Positions 33,887 through 47,797 of a stretch of 50,883 nucleotides of DNA are shown piece by piece. The notes under the pieces are model-generated. The model ran no database searches. It was not told the DNA's origin and worked only from the letters and a program-made list of their open reading frames with translations. Source of the stretch: Chara braunii (taxonomy: Eukaryota > Plantae > Charophyceae); NCBI GenBank assembly GCA_003427395.1, contig BFEA01000012.1, forward strand, positions 3,126,622 to 3,177,504, written 5' to 3'. A program made the position numbers and the translations under genes. Numbering within the stretch: position 1 is the stretch's first letter; each line of letters opens with the position of its first letter.

Positions 33887-36800
33887 GGTTAGAATCTTAA
33901 ACTGGAATGTGCGCGGTCTTGGTGACTCCAACAACACCTTCAAAAAAAGTCGCCTCTCCTCCTGGATATACTCGAATAATACCCACATTATCTGTCTGCA
34001 GGAAACCAAACTGGACACGGAAAAAATTATGGAAGCCCAGAGATGGTGGTTGGGCCCACAAGTTTGGTCCCCTGCAGAAGGGTCAAAGGGAGGGGTCGCA
34101 GTCCTTATCAACAAGGATCTGGAAGTGAAAGTCTTGGACAGCTGTGCAGACACAGAAGGCCGGTGGGCTTGGGTGACAATCGCGGTAGAAGATGAGGACT
34201 GGGCCATTATGTCCATCTATGCCCTGGTCGAATACCCAACCCGAGTCGAGTTCTTTGCCAATTTACCAAAATTTATTCCGGATACAGAAAACTTGGTATT
34301 AGCAGGGGATTGGAACTCAGTCCTCTCCCCGGGTCTGGACTCCCCAAGCCCCAAAGCTTTAAGAGCAGACGGTCTACTTTTTTCAGAACTGGTCAACTCT
34401 CAGGGTCTGTTCGATACGTACAGAATGTGGAACCCGGACTCTCCAGGGTATACATGGCATGGACCCAGGCCAGCCCCTCGAGCGCCCCAACCAAAAAAAA
34501 GGTTGGATGTTATCTTTGCACGTGGCTCCCCCTGGGACCGGTGCATTGGGGCAGAGCTGAAGTACGGGTACATGTCGGATCATAACCCGGTGGTTATGAA
34601 TATTATTACAAAAGATGCTATTGATAAATACAAACCACCTTTTAGGCTAAATGTCAAAATTCTGAAGGACCCGGGGATCGCATCCTGGATAGCAGCCCAA
34701 GTTAAGGACTGGGAGAAGGCTAAAGACCTCTTTCCTAGTATAGGTGAATGGGCGGACACAAAAATTGGTATAGTTTAGGCTTCCATGGAGGAATTCTTTA
34801 GGATGAAAGCGGCGGCCCTCTCGTGGAAAGAAAAATCCTTGTTAGCAATTAACGAAGAAGTGGAAAAGTCAATGGGGGAGGATCCTTTCCAGAAATTTTA
34901 TTGGTCAAACAGAAGGACAGCGGCGCAAACTGAGCTTGAGCAGTTGGAAATTAAGCGACAATCCGACTGGCTACAATGGCTGAAGATCAGGGGGATTATA
35001 GGTTATGACCGAATGACAAAGTTAACTTTCCGTTCTCTAATCCTGCGCCAAGCCAAACCCCTCATGAGGGAACTGAATCACCCATTTGCGCTTTCGGGCC
35101 CTCTCGCTACAGAAACCTCTCAAATTTGTTCATATGCTATGGATTATTTTAGAGATATAGTGTCAACCCGTCGGCCTTTGGACACCTTTGAAACAGATTT
35201 AACGCAATTCTCAGGCTTCTGGAATGTGCCCCGCAAGTAAATTTCATGGGCTCAAAGGAATCTACTTGAGGTCCCAATATCTGAGCAAGAGGCATGGCTG
35301 GCAGCTAAACGAATGACATTGGGCAAATGCTCAGGCTCGGATGGTTTGCCGATTGAACTCTTTTTTAGCGCCTGGGATGTGTTTGCTCCTTTTCTGTGTG
35401 AGATTTATAATTCAGTCCTCTCGACGGGCTCGCTTCCCAGAGGCGTAGTTCGAGGGATGATCTCCCTTCTCTACAAAAAAGGCGGTAAAAGGGAAGTTCG
35501 CAACTGGCGACCTATTTCCCTTCTCAACGTGACCAATAAACTCCTTGGGAAAATCCTCGCGATCAGACTAGCTGACCTTCTCCCCTCCCTAGTGGGGGTG
35601 GAGCAGGGAGCCTTTGTAAGGGGCAGATCTATTCATGAAAACATCTTAACAACTATTCAGGCCATGAAAATCATTGGAAAAGAGAGAAGAAACCTAGCCA
35701 TCCTGATGTTAGACATGGAAAAAGCGCACGACAAGGTTGGTTGGGCATTCGTGAACACTACCCTACTACAGCTGGGCTTCGGTCCCTGTTTTTGTACTTG
35801 GATTAAAGCTTTATATGCGAACGCAACAGTCGTAATCGTAGTAAATGAAAAACTCTCTGAAGAATTTCCGTTGACACACTCTCTGAGGAGGCATGGCTGA
35901 CAGCTAAACGAATGGCATTGGGCAAATGCCCAGGCGCGGATGGTTTGCCCATTGAGCTCTTTTTTAGCGTCTGGGATGTGTTTGCTCCTTTTCTGCGTGA
36001 GATTTATAATTCAGTCCTCTCGACGGGCTCGCTTCCCAGAGGCGTAGTTCGAGGGATGATCTCCCTTCTCTACAAAAAAGGCGATAAAAGGGAAGTTCGC
36101 AACTGGCGACCTATTTCCCTTCTCAACGTGACCAATAAACTTCTTGGGAAAATCCTCGCGATCAGACTAGCTGACCTCCTCTCCTCCCTAGTGGGGGTGG
36201 AGCAGGGAGCCTTTGTAAGGGGCAGATCAATTCATGAAAACATCTTAGCAACTATTCAGGCCCTGAAAATCATTGGAAAATAAAGAAGAAACCTAGCCAT
36301 CCTGATGTTAGACATGGAAAAAGCGTACGACAAGGTTGGCTGGGCATTCGTGAACACTACCCTACTACAGTTGGGCTTCGGTCCCTGTTTTTGTACTTGG
36401 ATTAAAGCTTTATATGCGAACGCAACAGTCGCAGTCGTAGTAAATGGAAAACTCTCTGAAAAATTTTCGCTGACACGCTCTCTGAGGCAGGGTTGTTCCC
36501 TGGCCCCATTGGTTTTTGTACTCCAATTTGAAGTCTTATTAGATAACATAAGATCAAACCTCTCGATCGAGGGATTGAGGGCCCTCCCATCGCTCAAATG
36601 AAAGGTGGGGGCGATTGCGGACGATTTGACAGTTGCTTGTGTTAACTCTACGGCTGGCTTGCTTGAACTACGTAGATTAATAGATACATATTGTGAATTG
36701 TCGGAAGCCTCAGTAAACTGGGACAAATCAATTTTTTTCCTCCCCCCCCAATTCAAGTTGAGCGTGGAGTGGGGCCTGCGTCGTATCCCAGCTAATGCCT

Positions 36801-38700
36801 CTGACAGATTTTTGGGAGTGCAGGTTTCCTTTTGAGATTGCTGTGCGGTGCAGGATAACATTCTGGTGGGTAAAGCCACTGCGAGAATAGCAAGTTGGGA
36901 GAGAAGACACACCCTCTCCCTCTTTGGAAGAGCCCTGGTTCTCTCTGCTGCAGCCTTTTCAACGTTATGGTTTCCCATGACAGTGTGCCTATTAGGGGTG
37001 GAGGCGTATCAGGATCAAAAGAGCGGCGACACGGTATTTATGGAAGCCACCAGCATCAGAAGAACATGGGTTTATCCCCAAAGTGGCGTGGGAGGCGATA
37101 GCCAGGCCAAGCAATGACGGAGGCCTGGGGGTCTTAGACCCCCTCAAGCAAAATCTGACACTGCTTGCCAAATGGCCAGTCCAAGCCATGATAGGCGAGG
37201 ACTGCAAAATATGGATGAGGCTGACCGAGTATATCTTGGGGAGCGAAAGGGGTCTGGAGGACCCTTCTAAGATCTGGCTGTGCCTTATGATGCCTTCTTT
37301 CTGCCAACGCCGGCCTCAATCAAGAATCTGGTGCAACATAATGGCTGCATGGAACAAGCTGAAACCTACGGAGTGGAGACCACCACAGACTAAGCAGGAA
37401 TGTCTGAACCAACTACTTTTTGATAATCCTCACATCTGTCAGCCAAACGGTCTTCCGTTTGCAGTCAAGGGTGGGGAGTCCAGCTTTGGTAACTCGTGGA
37501 TCAAAAAAGGCATCATGCAGGTTAAGGATCTGTGGGACCCTGTTACCTCAGACTGGATATCAGAGGACATGCTGAGGAGAAAGCTCCCAAGGATACACAA
37601 TTTGGCTCGCAATTATCAAACAATCTTGGAAGCGGTCCCTTAAGGTTGGACCTACTTGCTCCAGGCTGATTCTGAGAATGTAGCGAACACCTGGGTCATA
37701 TCACCTAACCCAGGAGAGGTGTGGAGGGTCTTGGGGCCGGCCCCGGATCAGGGAATCAGGGTACAGTCGTGGTCCTTTTCCTCCTGCTTGTTATCCACAG
37801 GTCAGCTGCGGAAAATTGGAGAGCAAACAGTGCAACACACCGTTGATCTAGATGAAGTCCGTGTCTTCTATCAAGAAGAGGGTAAAGGGAAAGCCGCCGC
37901 CTCACTGGGGAGAGATGCTGCCTCCTGTCGGGTTGAACCTCTCCTGTTTGGATGGAAGGGGCTCAAATCCAATAACTCCTTTACCCCGCCACTTCAATAC
38001 AACTCTAGAATGGGGGTCGAGTTTCTGCGTGCGCAGTCAAAAATAAAACCGTTTACCCTAGCCCTCAAGAGAGCAGAAAATCAGCAGCTTGAAGGGGTCT
38101 CTAAGCACAACTTGAGAATCCTTTGGACGACCTTGAAGAAGCTACCATCGCAGAAGCAGGCCGCCATTGTCTGGCTTCAGTCCCTTCTGGTAACAGCGAC
38201 TGCAACCTTCCTAGCGACTAAAGGTATGGATGTTTCCACTACCTGTCAACGCTGCAATTGGGGATGGGAAGACCAAGCTCATCTCTGGCTTTTCTGCCCG
38301 TTATTAGACGACTTGCTGGAATGGTGGAAGAGACGGTGGCATTCCCTGTATGAGCAGGAAATACGCTGGATTGATAACTGGTGGCTTACAGGCCTCCCCC
38401 CTCCGGGATTGGGACTGACTTCAGGCACAGGATATGTAGCGCTTTGTAGCCTCGGTGCTTTACTAGAGGTCATCTGGGCGGCACGGAATGCTGAAGTGTT
38501 TAAGGGAGAGACCTTGTCCCTTCCTCAACAGAAAGCTATGATGAAATCTAAGTTAAGGCTAGTCATTACTGCATACTGATCTCTACGTCGAACGCCTGGA
38601 GCTAGGAACATTCTGTGGTTCTGATGCACATGGGGTTATGAAAATAAATGGGCGATTAGAGAGGGAACCCTGTCCTTGTCCCCCTGGCTTCTGGGCTAGG
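33870..38700 (+). pseudogene. LINE ORF2 (APE endonuclease - RT - zf-RVT) with stops, a frameshift and a 599-bp duplication
   Basis: WNVRGL, LQETK, GDWN, SDHNP; NWRPISLLN, DMEKAYD, LRQGCSLAP, IADD; GGLGV; CQRC..EDQAHLWLFCP. Confidence 0.95.
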
Positions 38701-39131
38701 TAGATGAAGCAGGATTATTTGGAAGAATTGGTGGGATGATAGGATGTATGGTTCGAATGGGTCGATTTAGACCCTCATATCTTTTCAGAACTAGTCAATC
38801 TGACACAGAGAGCACAGAGGCGGTAGTCGGAGACTTGTCAGAGAGGGCAGTAACTTGACAGGATATTAGCGATCTGGTTTAACTCGTATTCGGCTAACCA
38901 GCCTGAGAGGTTGTGGTAGGGGGATGTGAATCAGAATTGTTTGACAATCCTAGCCACAGGTTTCTGAGCTTCAAGGTTTACTTTTTTCTTGTGAGGAGTT
39001 AACGTATTGAGAAGAGGCTAATGAGGTCGTGGGACGCTGGACCCGGTTTCCAGCATGGTCTTGATACTTCCGGGTAGAATTGTGAGGTCCCCGGCCTCGT
39101 CCACCTTTTGTGAAATAAAGTGACAACTTCT

Positions 39132-39179
<48 letters not shown>

Positions 39180-39181
39180 TT

Positions 39182-39414
39182 GGTTTTGGGTGCCCAAAGT
39201 TTGGCCGTTTGGTACTACCGGCCTAAAATGTCGTCAGCCTGGGTGAAAGTCACACCCTTTGGCTTGTTTTTAGCCGTTCATGAATTTGGTGCTGTTTTTG
39301 TGCCAGATCCCTGAAACCGCAGGGCCCTGGGAGGGATGCGTGGGCCCGTAGTACCCCACATGGAAAATATTTGGCCAGTAGTACCAAATGGCCCAACTTT
39401 GAGTGCCCAAAACC
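39182..39414. repeat. MITE-like inverted repeat that received the LINE insertion
   Basis: GGTTTTGGGTGCCCAAAGTTTGGCCGTTTGGTACTACCGGCC versus the reverse complement of 39373-39414. Confidence 0.55.
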
Positions 39415-39416
39415 GA

Positions 39417-41750
39417 TTTTTTTTTTTTTTTTTGGAAAGTATAATCTTTTATTGCAAATTAAAGAGTACCGAGGTCGGGGACCTCACAATTCTACCCAGA
39501 GTTATCCTGGCAGCATCAGCCAGTTTAGCTTACGAGCATAGCTCGAATCCTAAACCAACTATAGTTATCTTACTGTTATAACCATTTACTGGAAACCGGG
39601 TCCTGTGTCCCATACCTGTTATGCTACTTTCCAAAAAATTAAATCCACTTGAAGCTCAACCCCAAAGGGGAAAGGATACTGGTTCCAACCAAGTAAAGAA
39701 AATTCCCATTATCTCATCTAGGAGACCAGTATTTAACTATGAAACTCACGAAAACTTTTGAACTTCTGAAATTCGGAAACTCTAAACTCTGAAACCTTGA
39801 AACTCTAAAACACACTAAAGAAGGACACAACGACTGAGCCATACGAACCTAGTACGGTCCTAAAAAGGGTTTACTTTTCTGTGTCATTCTGTGCCACTAT
39901 AGCTATGCGCTATTGGCATAGTATACTGAATTAATAGGGGATAACAACCAATTCCTCACGACACAAGATAGAAATTTCAATCAGCATCTTTCAACAGCCA
40001 TGGAGGGAAGTGGAACATGCCACCAGCTTTAAGGAGTACCAATTGTGTGTTCAGGCCCCAAGTTCTGGAAAACCAGCTGGCAGATTTGGGGCTCCGTTTG
40101 CCCCTGAAACGTCTTCTCCAATCAGCAATGATAGTACGTCTGATTTCAACCTTTACCTTGTTGATAATATCTCTGAGCGACAGATGGCAGCCTCGAAACA
40201 CTTGGTCGTTACGATCCGACCAAATAACACCAAAAATAATTCCCCTGATAACTTGTGGGATGTATCCCCACCCAACTGTTGCAGTCAATCCTGCCCCCAA
40301 AGTCCCTGTTTGAACCCAACCCTCATTCCAGGGAAATACATCTTTAGTGATCTATTTTCAACACTCTCCCACCATTCCCAAACCCGACTAGATAAAGGGC
40401 ATGCATACCACAAATGACTGGTGGTTTCCCAGATCCAATTACATCGCTCACAAGTAGTGGGTATTTCCATCCCTTTAGCGTGTAGCCAGACTGTCGAAGC
40501 TGTAACCAACAGTGATTGCAGTGTCATAATACGAGCATGTTTCTGAGAAGGCAACACCTTTAACTGTTGTACCACCAGGTTTTTCCTATCTTTGGGTTCT
40601 AGGGATTGTTGCTCTCTTCTCTTCAGTACAATGTCCACCGGTTGTTTCTTTCTTTTCTGTCGAAGGAGGTCTACCCCTCGTTTGGTTGAATAGGAATTCA
40701 GACCAATGATTTGAGTCCTTTGGCCAATCCAGCCAACCGAACAAGGGTGAGTTGCCATTTCTGTAAGTGTGATTCACTACTGGGAGACCGAACGTATCTG
40801 CAGCTTCAGTCCGAATCTTTCCAGATTGCATCTTGAACTCTGTCACAACTTGAGTCGTTCCTTCTAGAAAAGGAACTTGTATTTTAGCCTTGAAGGTGAG
40901 TAACCTGGTGTAGGAGGTGGTAGTTGTTTTCTCCCACACTTCCACAGCCTACCCCCCTCCAGCTTCTGGCCATAGCAGATTCCAGTACGTCTGCAGTTGC
41001 TGTCCACCTACAGTTTTCAGCCATCTACTTCGAACTCTGTCCATACAGTATCTGTGACCATCTCTGTGGCACAACATTTTGTATTTCTGCTAAGTGTTAT
41101 TCTACATTTCTAGATATCGGAGTTGGCTTCTCATCTGTGTCTCTGTTTTCCACTCAGTGGACTCTTCATCCCAAAGATAAAGTATACGAAATTGAAGAGT
41201 CCACTCATTGGATTTCAAGTTTCAACCACGTTCCACCCAAGCTCTTCCGAAATTTCCAGTGGAGTCTTGGGCCGAAGAGGGCTGGCCATCAGGACCACAC
41301 AAGAGGGCGTTTTCAAAAATGGTTTGTGTTAGAACTTCCTCCATTGACTCTGGTTGGAGCAGATTGGAGGGCAGAATCTTGGACCAGGCATACAGAATGT
41401 CACTCCAGAAGTGAGATTTTGACCTTTTTCGACTGTATGTCTTCATGAACAGACAATGCCAGACATCAGTTGGATTGATCAAGTTCCATTTCTCACTGAG
41501 TATATACTTAGCAAGCCAGATCCAGGCATATTAATATTCTGCTAGCACAACTTTTATAGGCCATTTTGCCAGTAATGCTATGTTTTGGCGTTTGGGATCT
41601 AGAATACCAAACCCGCCCTCCTCCCTTGGGAATGTAATGGAATCCCAAGTCACTTTTGATAAAAAGCCATCTTCCTCCTCCGCTTCTAGTTTACACAACA
41701 ATCTAGAAGCTCCTCTCTTGATCTTTTTGTAAGCCTGATCTCCCAACCGG
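39417..41750 (-). mobile_element. 5'-truncated L1-like LINE, related to the 30601-39170 family
   Basis: Poly(T) at 39417-39432; 3'UTR motifs shared with 39030-39130; ORF2 fragments EEGGFGILDP, LPSQKHA, CERC..ETTSHLWYACP, IWSDRN. Confidence 0.9.
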
Positions 41751-41754
41751 TGCA

Positions 41755-43335
41755 CTGTGATTCCGTTCAACCTCACTAACGTGCCTGCTATCTTCCAAAC
41801 GATAATAAGTGCTCTCTTCAGGGACCCTCTTGGAGGCTTAGTTTGTTTCCTCGTGAACTTGGACAATATCCTAATCTATCGTTGTACCTTAAGAAGCATC
41901 TCCTGCACCTCCGGGGTGTCCTCCAGCGCATATGTAGCCATGACTTCTCCACCAAGCTCAGTTAGTGTCACTTTAAGTCCATTTCTTAGGACACCAGGTT
42001 TCCGAGCAGGGCCTCCACATGGACGATGTGAAAATCACTACTATCACGCATTGCCAGTAGGCTGTAGCCTTCCGTAATCGTCAAGTAGCTTCGTATTCTC
42101 CTAGGTTTTACATGTTATTATCATTTGTTTATTGAGGGATACGTTAAGTGCTCCTTCCTTTTCTCCACCCTCCTTCAAAAGTAGGAGTTGTTCTATCCGA
42201 GTTGTTTCCCTCATCTACTCTTCGATTTGTCACCCATTCCCCATTTTTTTCCTCCCTCCTCCAGAAATGCTTCCCAAATTATGCCTACTTGTCAAGTTCT
42301 CAACCGCTCCCCCCCCACTGACAGTGAAACCTATCACATATTTTTCAACTATCATGTCGAGGCCCTTACTGGGGAGTGACTTATCGCCTTTTGTTCCCAT
42401 TAGTTGTGTCCGTCCCAGGTAATATATATAATTGATTAACATAAGCTGCTCGATTTAGTTTATGTCGCTTGGTACTAGCACCACTGTTTGCACGGGCAAC
42501 ACTTTACCATTGTTAACAACTCCGTCCATGTGGATTTCCTTAGGAAAGACAAACTTACACCTTAACAGGCACATTGGCGGCGTAAGTTCTTTGAGTCCAT
42601 CATCTTCGTTCATCATATTGGCAATGCGAGGAAATCCAACCGAGTAGCGGACGTCTTGTCGCACCATTCAAACTTATATTACGATGCCATTGAGACCTTT
42701 GTCATTTCGATCATCACTATTGATGATTCGGTGACCAACACGTATCGTATGCACTACCCTCGCTGCCCAGTTTCTGCAACATGTACTCGTGATTACGGTA
42801 CGACAAAACTATTCCTTCATATACCCTAGGCAAGAATGAGCTCCTCTACTAGCATGGCATACGTGGTAGTTCACAACCATGTGTATGTGTCCCCTCCATC
42901 AACCAGCTCCGTATTCAGGCGGTTCTGAGTTTGATGATCAGCAGTCTGCAGACCTACAAATTGAATCGTGTCTTCTGCCACTACGCATTGCTTCATAGAG
43001 CTGAGTTTATCCGGAGCTATTTTCAGGAATATTGCGCTGCCTAGGTATACCCACCTTGCATGACTGTTATTGGTTGTTCTGGATGTTAAGGCAACCTAGA
43101 GGTATTCTAGTGTCGATCATCAATAGGTGTACAATCACTGGTCAACTTCGCCCCCCTATCTCGCGCATCTACTATACTCCTCTCCACTCGTTTTTCTTAT
43201 GATTGTACCGTTGTTGTTCTAATCGTTGTTGGTTGTATATCATCTGGAGGTACTCTAGCCTCTGTCATCAGTAGGTACAAGGCCACCATTCGTCCTCGTA
43301 GCTAGGTGGCCTTCCACGATAGAGCAGTTGATGTA
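41755..43335 (+). mobile_element. Highly decayed Ty3/Gypsy pol fragment (RT-RNase H-integrase)
   Basis: IPFNLTNVPAIFQ..NLDNILIY resembles MPFGLTNAPATFQ..YLDDILIY; downstream FLG and LGF..YY traces and a late xFH motif. The downstream assignments are weak. Confidence 0.7.
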
Positions 43336-44202
43336 GTACCTCAGTGGGTCGAGCTAGGAAGCTGCAAGGGACAGGTCCAGGGTTCAATTTGGAGCGGCCC
43401 TGTGCATTACATAGTACAGATACAACTGGGGTGCAGGCAGGAGGGGCCAGGTAGGCCTACCTGAGTGGATGATCAGATAGTTGGTTACTTGTAGGCTTTG
43501 CTTTGGAGGTGCAGGGCTGCAGGTGGGATGGGGAAGGGGGGTCCGTAGTGGAGCGATTGTCTGCTTGAGACTACTTCCCATTGACATGAAGAAGATGATC
43601 CCAACGTCGAAGAAAAACTCGCTAGTAACTAGGATAGTTGCCAGTTTCTATTTGTATTGTATGTTTTTTCTATATTGTCCGAGAGGGATGGGTTATAATA
43701 CCGTTATATACTCTTTTTGCATGCTAAGATAGTTTAGCTGCATGCTTTTTGCATAATGCCCTTAAGATAGGTTAGCTGCATGCCCTAGAGAGCTTTGGGG
43801 GGCTGTTTGTGGGGGCAGTCTCAGTGGTCATCGGGGGTCGTAACTGGAGCAATGCCGACCTGTTTGTGAAGCAAGGTGGTGCAACTGTGTAACCTAACCT
43901 GAAGGGAGCATGAGGCTTGGAAGAGCTTCGGTTCGTGCTGAAAACAGCCATGTTGGTGGTGGTCGTAGGTGGATTGAATAGGTTTCACGTATCTGATTTG
44001 TGGTTGGGAGGCTTTTTGACACACATATTCTACTGACTTGGTAGAGTCTGAATAGTGGAAAATAGGTTGGTTGTTCTTATGAATGTCTTAGGACTCTAGG
44101 GAATCTTAGCAACCTATCTTAGGCGGTTTTGAAGTTGTTATACTCAGTGATATGTGGCTGTTCGATGCCAGAACGACGCTGGCCGGTGCTGGGGTGTTGC
44201 CC

Positions 44203-46944
44203 TGTGACGCGCAACCTCACGCCCTGTGCTGTCTTTCGTTCGGAGTGCTAGAGGTGCGGAAAAGGGGCCCAAAAAAACAGCAAGATGGGGTGTGCCAAGG
44301 ATTTTTGGAAATTAAGTGTGGGGACACAGACGGAACTGAAATCCCCCGTGTTGGTCCGATGAAGTAAGTCGATCGTTTTTTCGTGCGTCGCAAAATGCGC
44401 GCGGGAGTTCGGCGTGAAAGGAGAGAGAATACAAATTCAGTCCAAAAAGTATTGTCGGACTTCCCACTGTGCTACGGCCCTTCGTTTAGAGCGAAAAGGC
44501 TTCGGCACGCTTCGCGTGTCTCATCTTCGTATTAAGTCCCGACGTCGTTCACCAGTCAGTTCTGAGTCCGACGTGGAGGGCCTCAGTCGTGTGACTCTTT
44601 CTCTGTGTTCGTCTTCACTCCGTACGCGGTAGTGGAAACCCTTGGATTCGTAGCGCTCAAAGCGCCGGCACTCGGTGCATAGAGTGCGAGGCCAGCGGGG
44701 TTCTACTGCCGTCCACGGGATGACGATCAACTCGTTAAATGGCAACAATATCGAGTAAGGTGGAAAGTGTGTATCGATAATAACAAACCCAGCCTCTACG
44801 GACCCTGAACAACGATTTTCCGGAGGGAAGTAATATCGTCCGCCGATTCGTGCGACAGCTTCTCGTACGTCCCACTCGCATACACGTGTCCTTTCCTCGT
44901 CGTAAGGAAAAGGTCGCGTTGATACGGGAGATACGGGAGGCTGACGCCCGATCGAAGGGCGTTTGTCAGACCACATGTCAATCAACTGCAAAAATCATGA
45001 GACGTCATCAAGGAAAAACACCCGCACAACCACCAATCAATTCTTTTCGACACGAGAGAGAGAGAGAGAGAGAACACTCATCAGCTTGATCATGCATGTA
45101 ACTGAGGGACCGACCCGCGACTTAGGTTAGTAAGCCACCACGACGTTGATCCAAGCCGCCTTGTTTCTCGAGGTTGTCCTGTAGATCGGTTGCAAATGCC
45201 GTGCAACATAAGGCAGATGACATGCGCAGTGCATTCAGAACTACAGATCTAAACACTCTTGCATTCTCGAACAAAATCCCGCCGAGTGGTGCGTCTAATC
45301 AACACAACAAGGCAAGTATCTCCATACATATATTCACTGTGGAAGGTGCGAAAATGACAGGAGTACACAGGTCGGAAATCAACCAAGGGAATTGTACACA
45401 CGCATCCACCGTTCACAAGACAAGAGGATCAATTCCTCGACATCCGGGGATTACCCAGGAAACTAATGTAAGAGTTTCGGAAGAAGTTCCTTCACACAAG
45501 AGAGCACACAAATTCATTCCCATTCATGAGAGGGACAAGCATCAAGACACATCGTCATTCAAAGATAGAGGAGAGAGAGAGACGAGGGAGGAATGTTGAG
45601 ATAGGAGATGACAATATTCGAAAAGAGGAAGTTCGGCGTTACCGCCGTACACTCACGCCAGAGATAAAGATCCGCAACAACAAAGGCGCATTCACCGTGA
45701 ATTCCGATATGGTCCCGGGCCAACCACCCACTCAACTCCAATCATTGATCCTCATACCCGCACCGACGATCCCGATCGTCGCGTGCTAACTCCCACCACT
45801 GCGATCGTCACGCCGCCGACGTAAACTCGACGCGGTTCGCCCAGATCCCACAGTCCGTCGTGGCGATCAAGCGCGCAACCGGCCAGCCTATCGTCAGCCC
45901 GATAGGACTTTCCGACTGGCATCAAACACTCTGCCTAGCCACTGCTTCCCGGAAGCTGGCTTGGGAGTCGAGAACGTAAGAGAGATTTGCGGGCGCGTTT
46001 GCGGAATTTATAGTGGTGAGAAGGGGGGCAAGGGAGAGAGAAGGCAGGGGGAAAATCAAAGTGTAAGAAAAGAAGCATGAGGAGAAGACTTGGTGAGGAG
46101 TGCGCTACGGAAGCCATGTTGATCCTTCGGGACTCTGAGCTTCGCCAATCAGATTCGTCGCGCAATAAGCAGATCCTATCGTACCACGCGTTTGATTGGT
46201 GGGCGAGAGTAATCGAAGGATCGACCGGGCTTCCGATTTCACGTTCGGAAGGCGAAAGGAAAAAGGGCGCGAGAAGTAGCGCAAGACGGGTCTAAGATTC
46301 AGATGATCAAGAAAGGGAAATGGGCGCGCAACCAATCAGAGCGGGAGAGAGAGAGGGAAAACAGTTGCGAGAAGGGAGGATGAGAAGGGGGAAGGAAGAA
46401 AGAGTGCGGGAGAGAACGATGCGGGAAACAGAGCGGGGGGGGGGGAGAAGAAAGGTTCGCATGTGTGGCGCCGTCAACAAAAAGAAAAAGAAAAAGGCAC
46501 CGAAACAGTGACAGCTTGCCTATGTCCTAAACCAATTCAAAATTGAAATCACCATATCCGCGCGCGAAAAGGATGACGCGAGAAAAGAAAGTCCTACGCC
46601 TATTTGTATCCTCACAAAATTCCAAGAGTTTTCCCCAACGCGACCGAGAACATTCACACACAAAAAGGACACGTCGAAGTCCGCGTATCCCCGAATTCCC
46701 AATTGCCGGGCCCAATTCCTAGTGCGCTCGCTAAGGCGCGCGTAAATTCCTATGTATTTCCCGAATTGCAAAAGAAAAAGCAGAACCGAAGAATCACAAA
46801 AGCTTCCGGAAGATGGGGCCCCAAAACGCGGCGCCTGAAATCAAGAAAACAAGACGGGGTGCTTGTAGGGTCGGTATGATACAAGAAAAATTCAAACCAA
46901 AGGGGTACGAAAGATAGCCCGGGTTCGGGAAGTAGTTCGTCACA
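44203..46944 (-). mobile_element. 2.74-kb solo LTR-like element
   Basis: Termini TGTGACG...CGTCACA; 4-bp TSD GCCC (44199-44202 / 46945-46948). The empty-site sequence GTGTTGCCCTGTAACC recurs near 47074. Orientation is inferred from the TATA box. Confidence 0.75.
46006..46340 (-). promoter_or_regulatory. Putative LTR promoter: TATAAAT with upstream CCAAT boxes
   Basis: ATTTATA at 46006-46012 (TATAAAT on minus); CCAATCAG/GATTGG near 46145, 46194 and 46332. Confidence 0.4.
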
Positions 46945-47434
46945 GCCCTGTAACCTGCTGATGCAGGAGCGCGAGGCCTGGTAGAGAGATCTGGGGATGC
47001 TTTGGGGTGGGCATCCTGAGCGACAGCCAAGGTTTGCTGGTGGGACGACGCTGGTCGGAGCTGGGGTGAGTTGTGTTGCCCTGTAACCCAGCAGGGTGGG
47101 GGCGTGAGGCCTGGAAAAGCTCAGCAGGGAGTAAGACTGTGTTGGGAAGTCTTAGAAGGGCTTGTTAGGGATCCTGAGGGTTCTGAGCATTCGTAGGACC
47201 TCTGTGGCAGCCTATTGCATGAGTAGTTTCTTAATAGGTCATTAGATATTCATGATCTTCCCCATGCTTTCGGAATCATTATCGTGCTCACAGACTGTTC
47301 TTACCCGTAGTCGGGTATTGGCTCCGGTATCTCAAATGATCTCAAATGTTCTCAAAGATCTGTACAATTCGATATGGGACGCTGGGCCCGGTTCCCAGCA
47401 CGTGCTGCTCCCCACGAATAGACTGGAGCACGTG

Positions 47435-47465
<31 letters not shown>

Positions 47466-47797
47466 GGTTAGCTGCATGCCCAGTTTCCCTTGTTTCTTTT
47501 TCCGGGGGGGGTGTTTTTTTTTCCTGTTAGTTGAATCATTGAAAAAGATAACGTTGTTCTTGGATGATCAGACCAGCAGGCCCTGGTTTGGCCACTTCTG
47601 GCTCTCAATCACACTAAAGCCCTAAGGCCCTACACCAAAGCTGTGTGAAATGGTTCCAGTCCCCTTCTTTGGTTCCCGGGTTGTTTGCAACTCCCGGCCG
47701 GATTTGCATCTCACAAAACGGATGTTCTTTCTTTCTTCCCCCATAATTCCTTAGCAAGCAAATGGACAAACCCATGACTGAAGAATAAAGGAACAGA

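Larger units (their letters stand above)
30601..39170 (+). mobile_element. Full-length L1-like LINE (inactivated) in H2B intron 2
   Basis: 19-bp TSD AAAACCTTTT(C/T)GGTTTTGG (30582-30600 / 39171-39189); poly(A) from 39133; AATAAA just upstream; ORF1 and ORF2 present. Confidence 0.95.
43786..47464 (+). mobile_element. 5'-truncated LINE 3' fragment interrupted by a solo LTR
   Basis: 17-bp TSD AGGTTAGCTGCATGCCC (43769-43785 / 47465-47481), poly(A) from 47442, conserved 3' hairpin at 47376-47435. Confidence 0.8.

Noticed and set aside
45040-45090. Minus-strand CTGATGA...CGAAA
   Set aside because: No stem II pairing; the interval is a (TC)n microsatellite.
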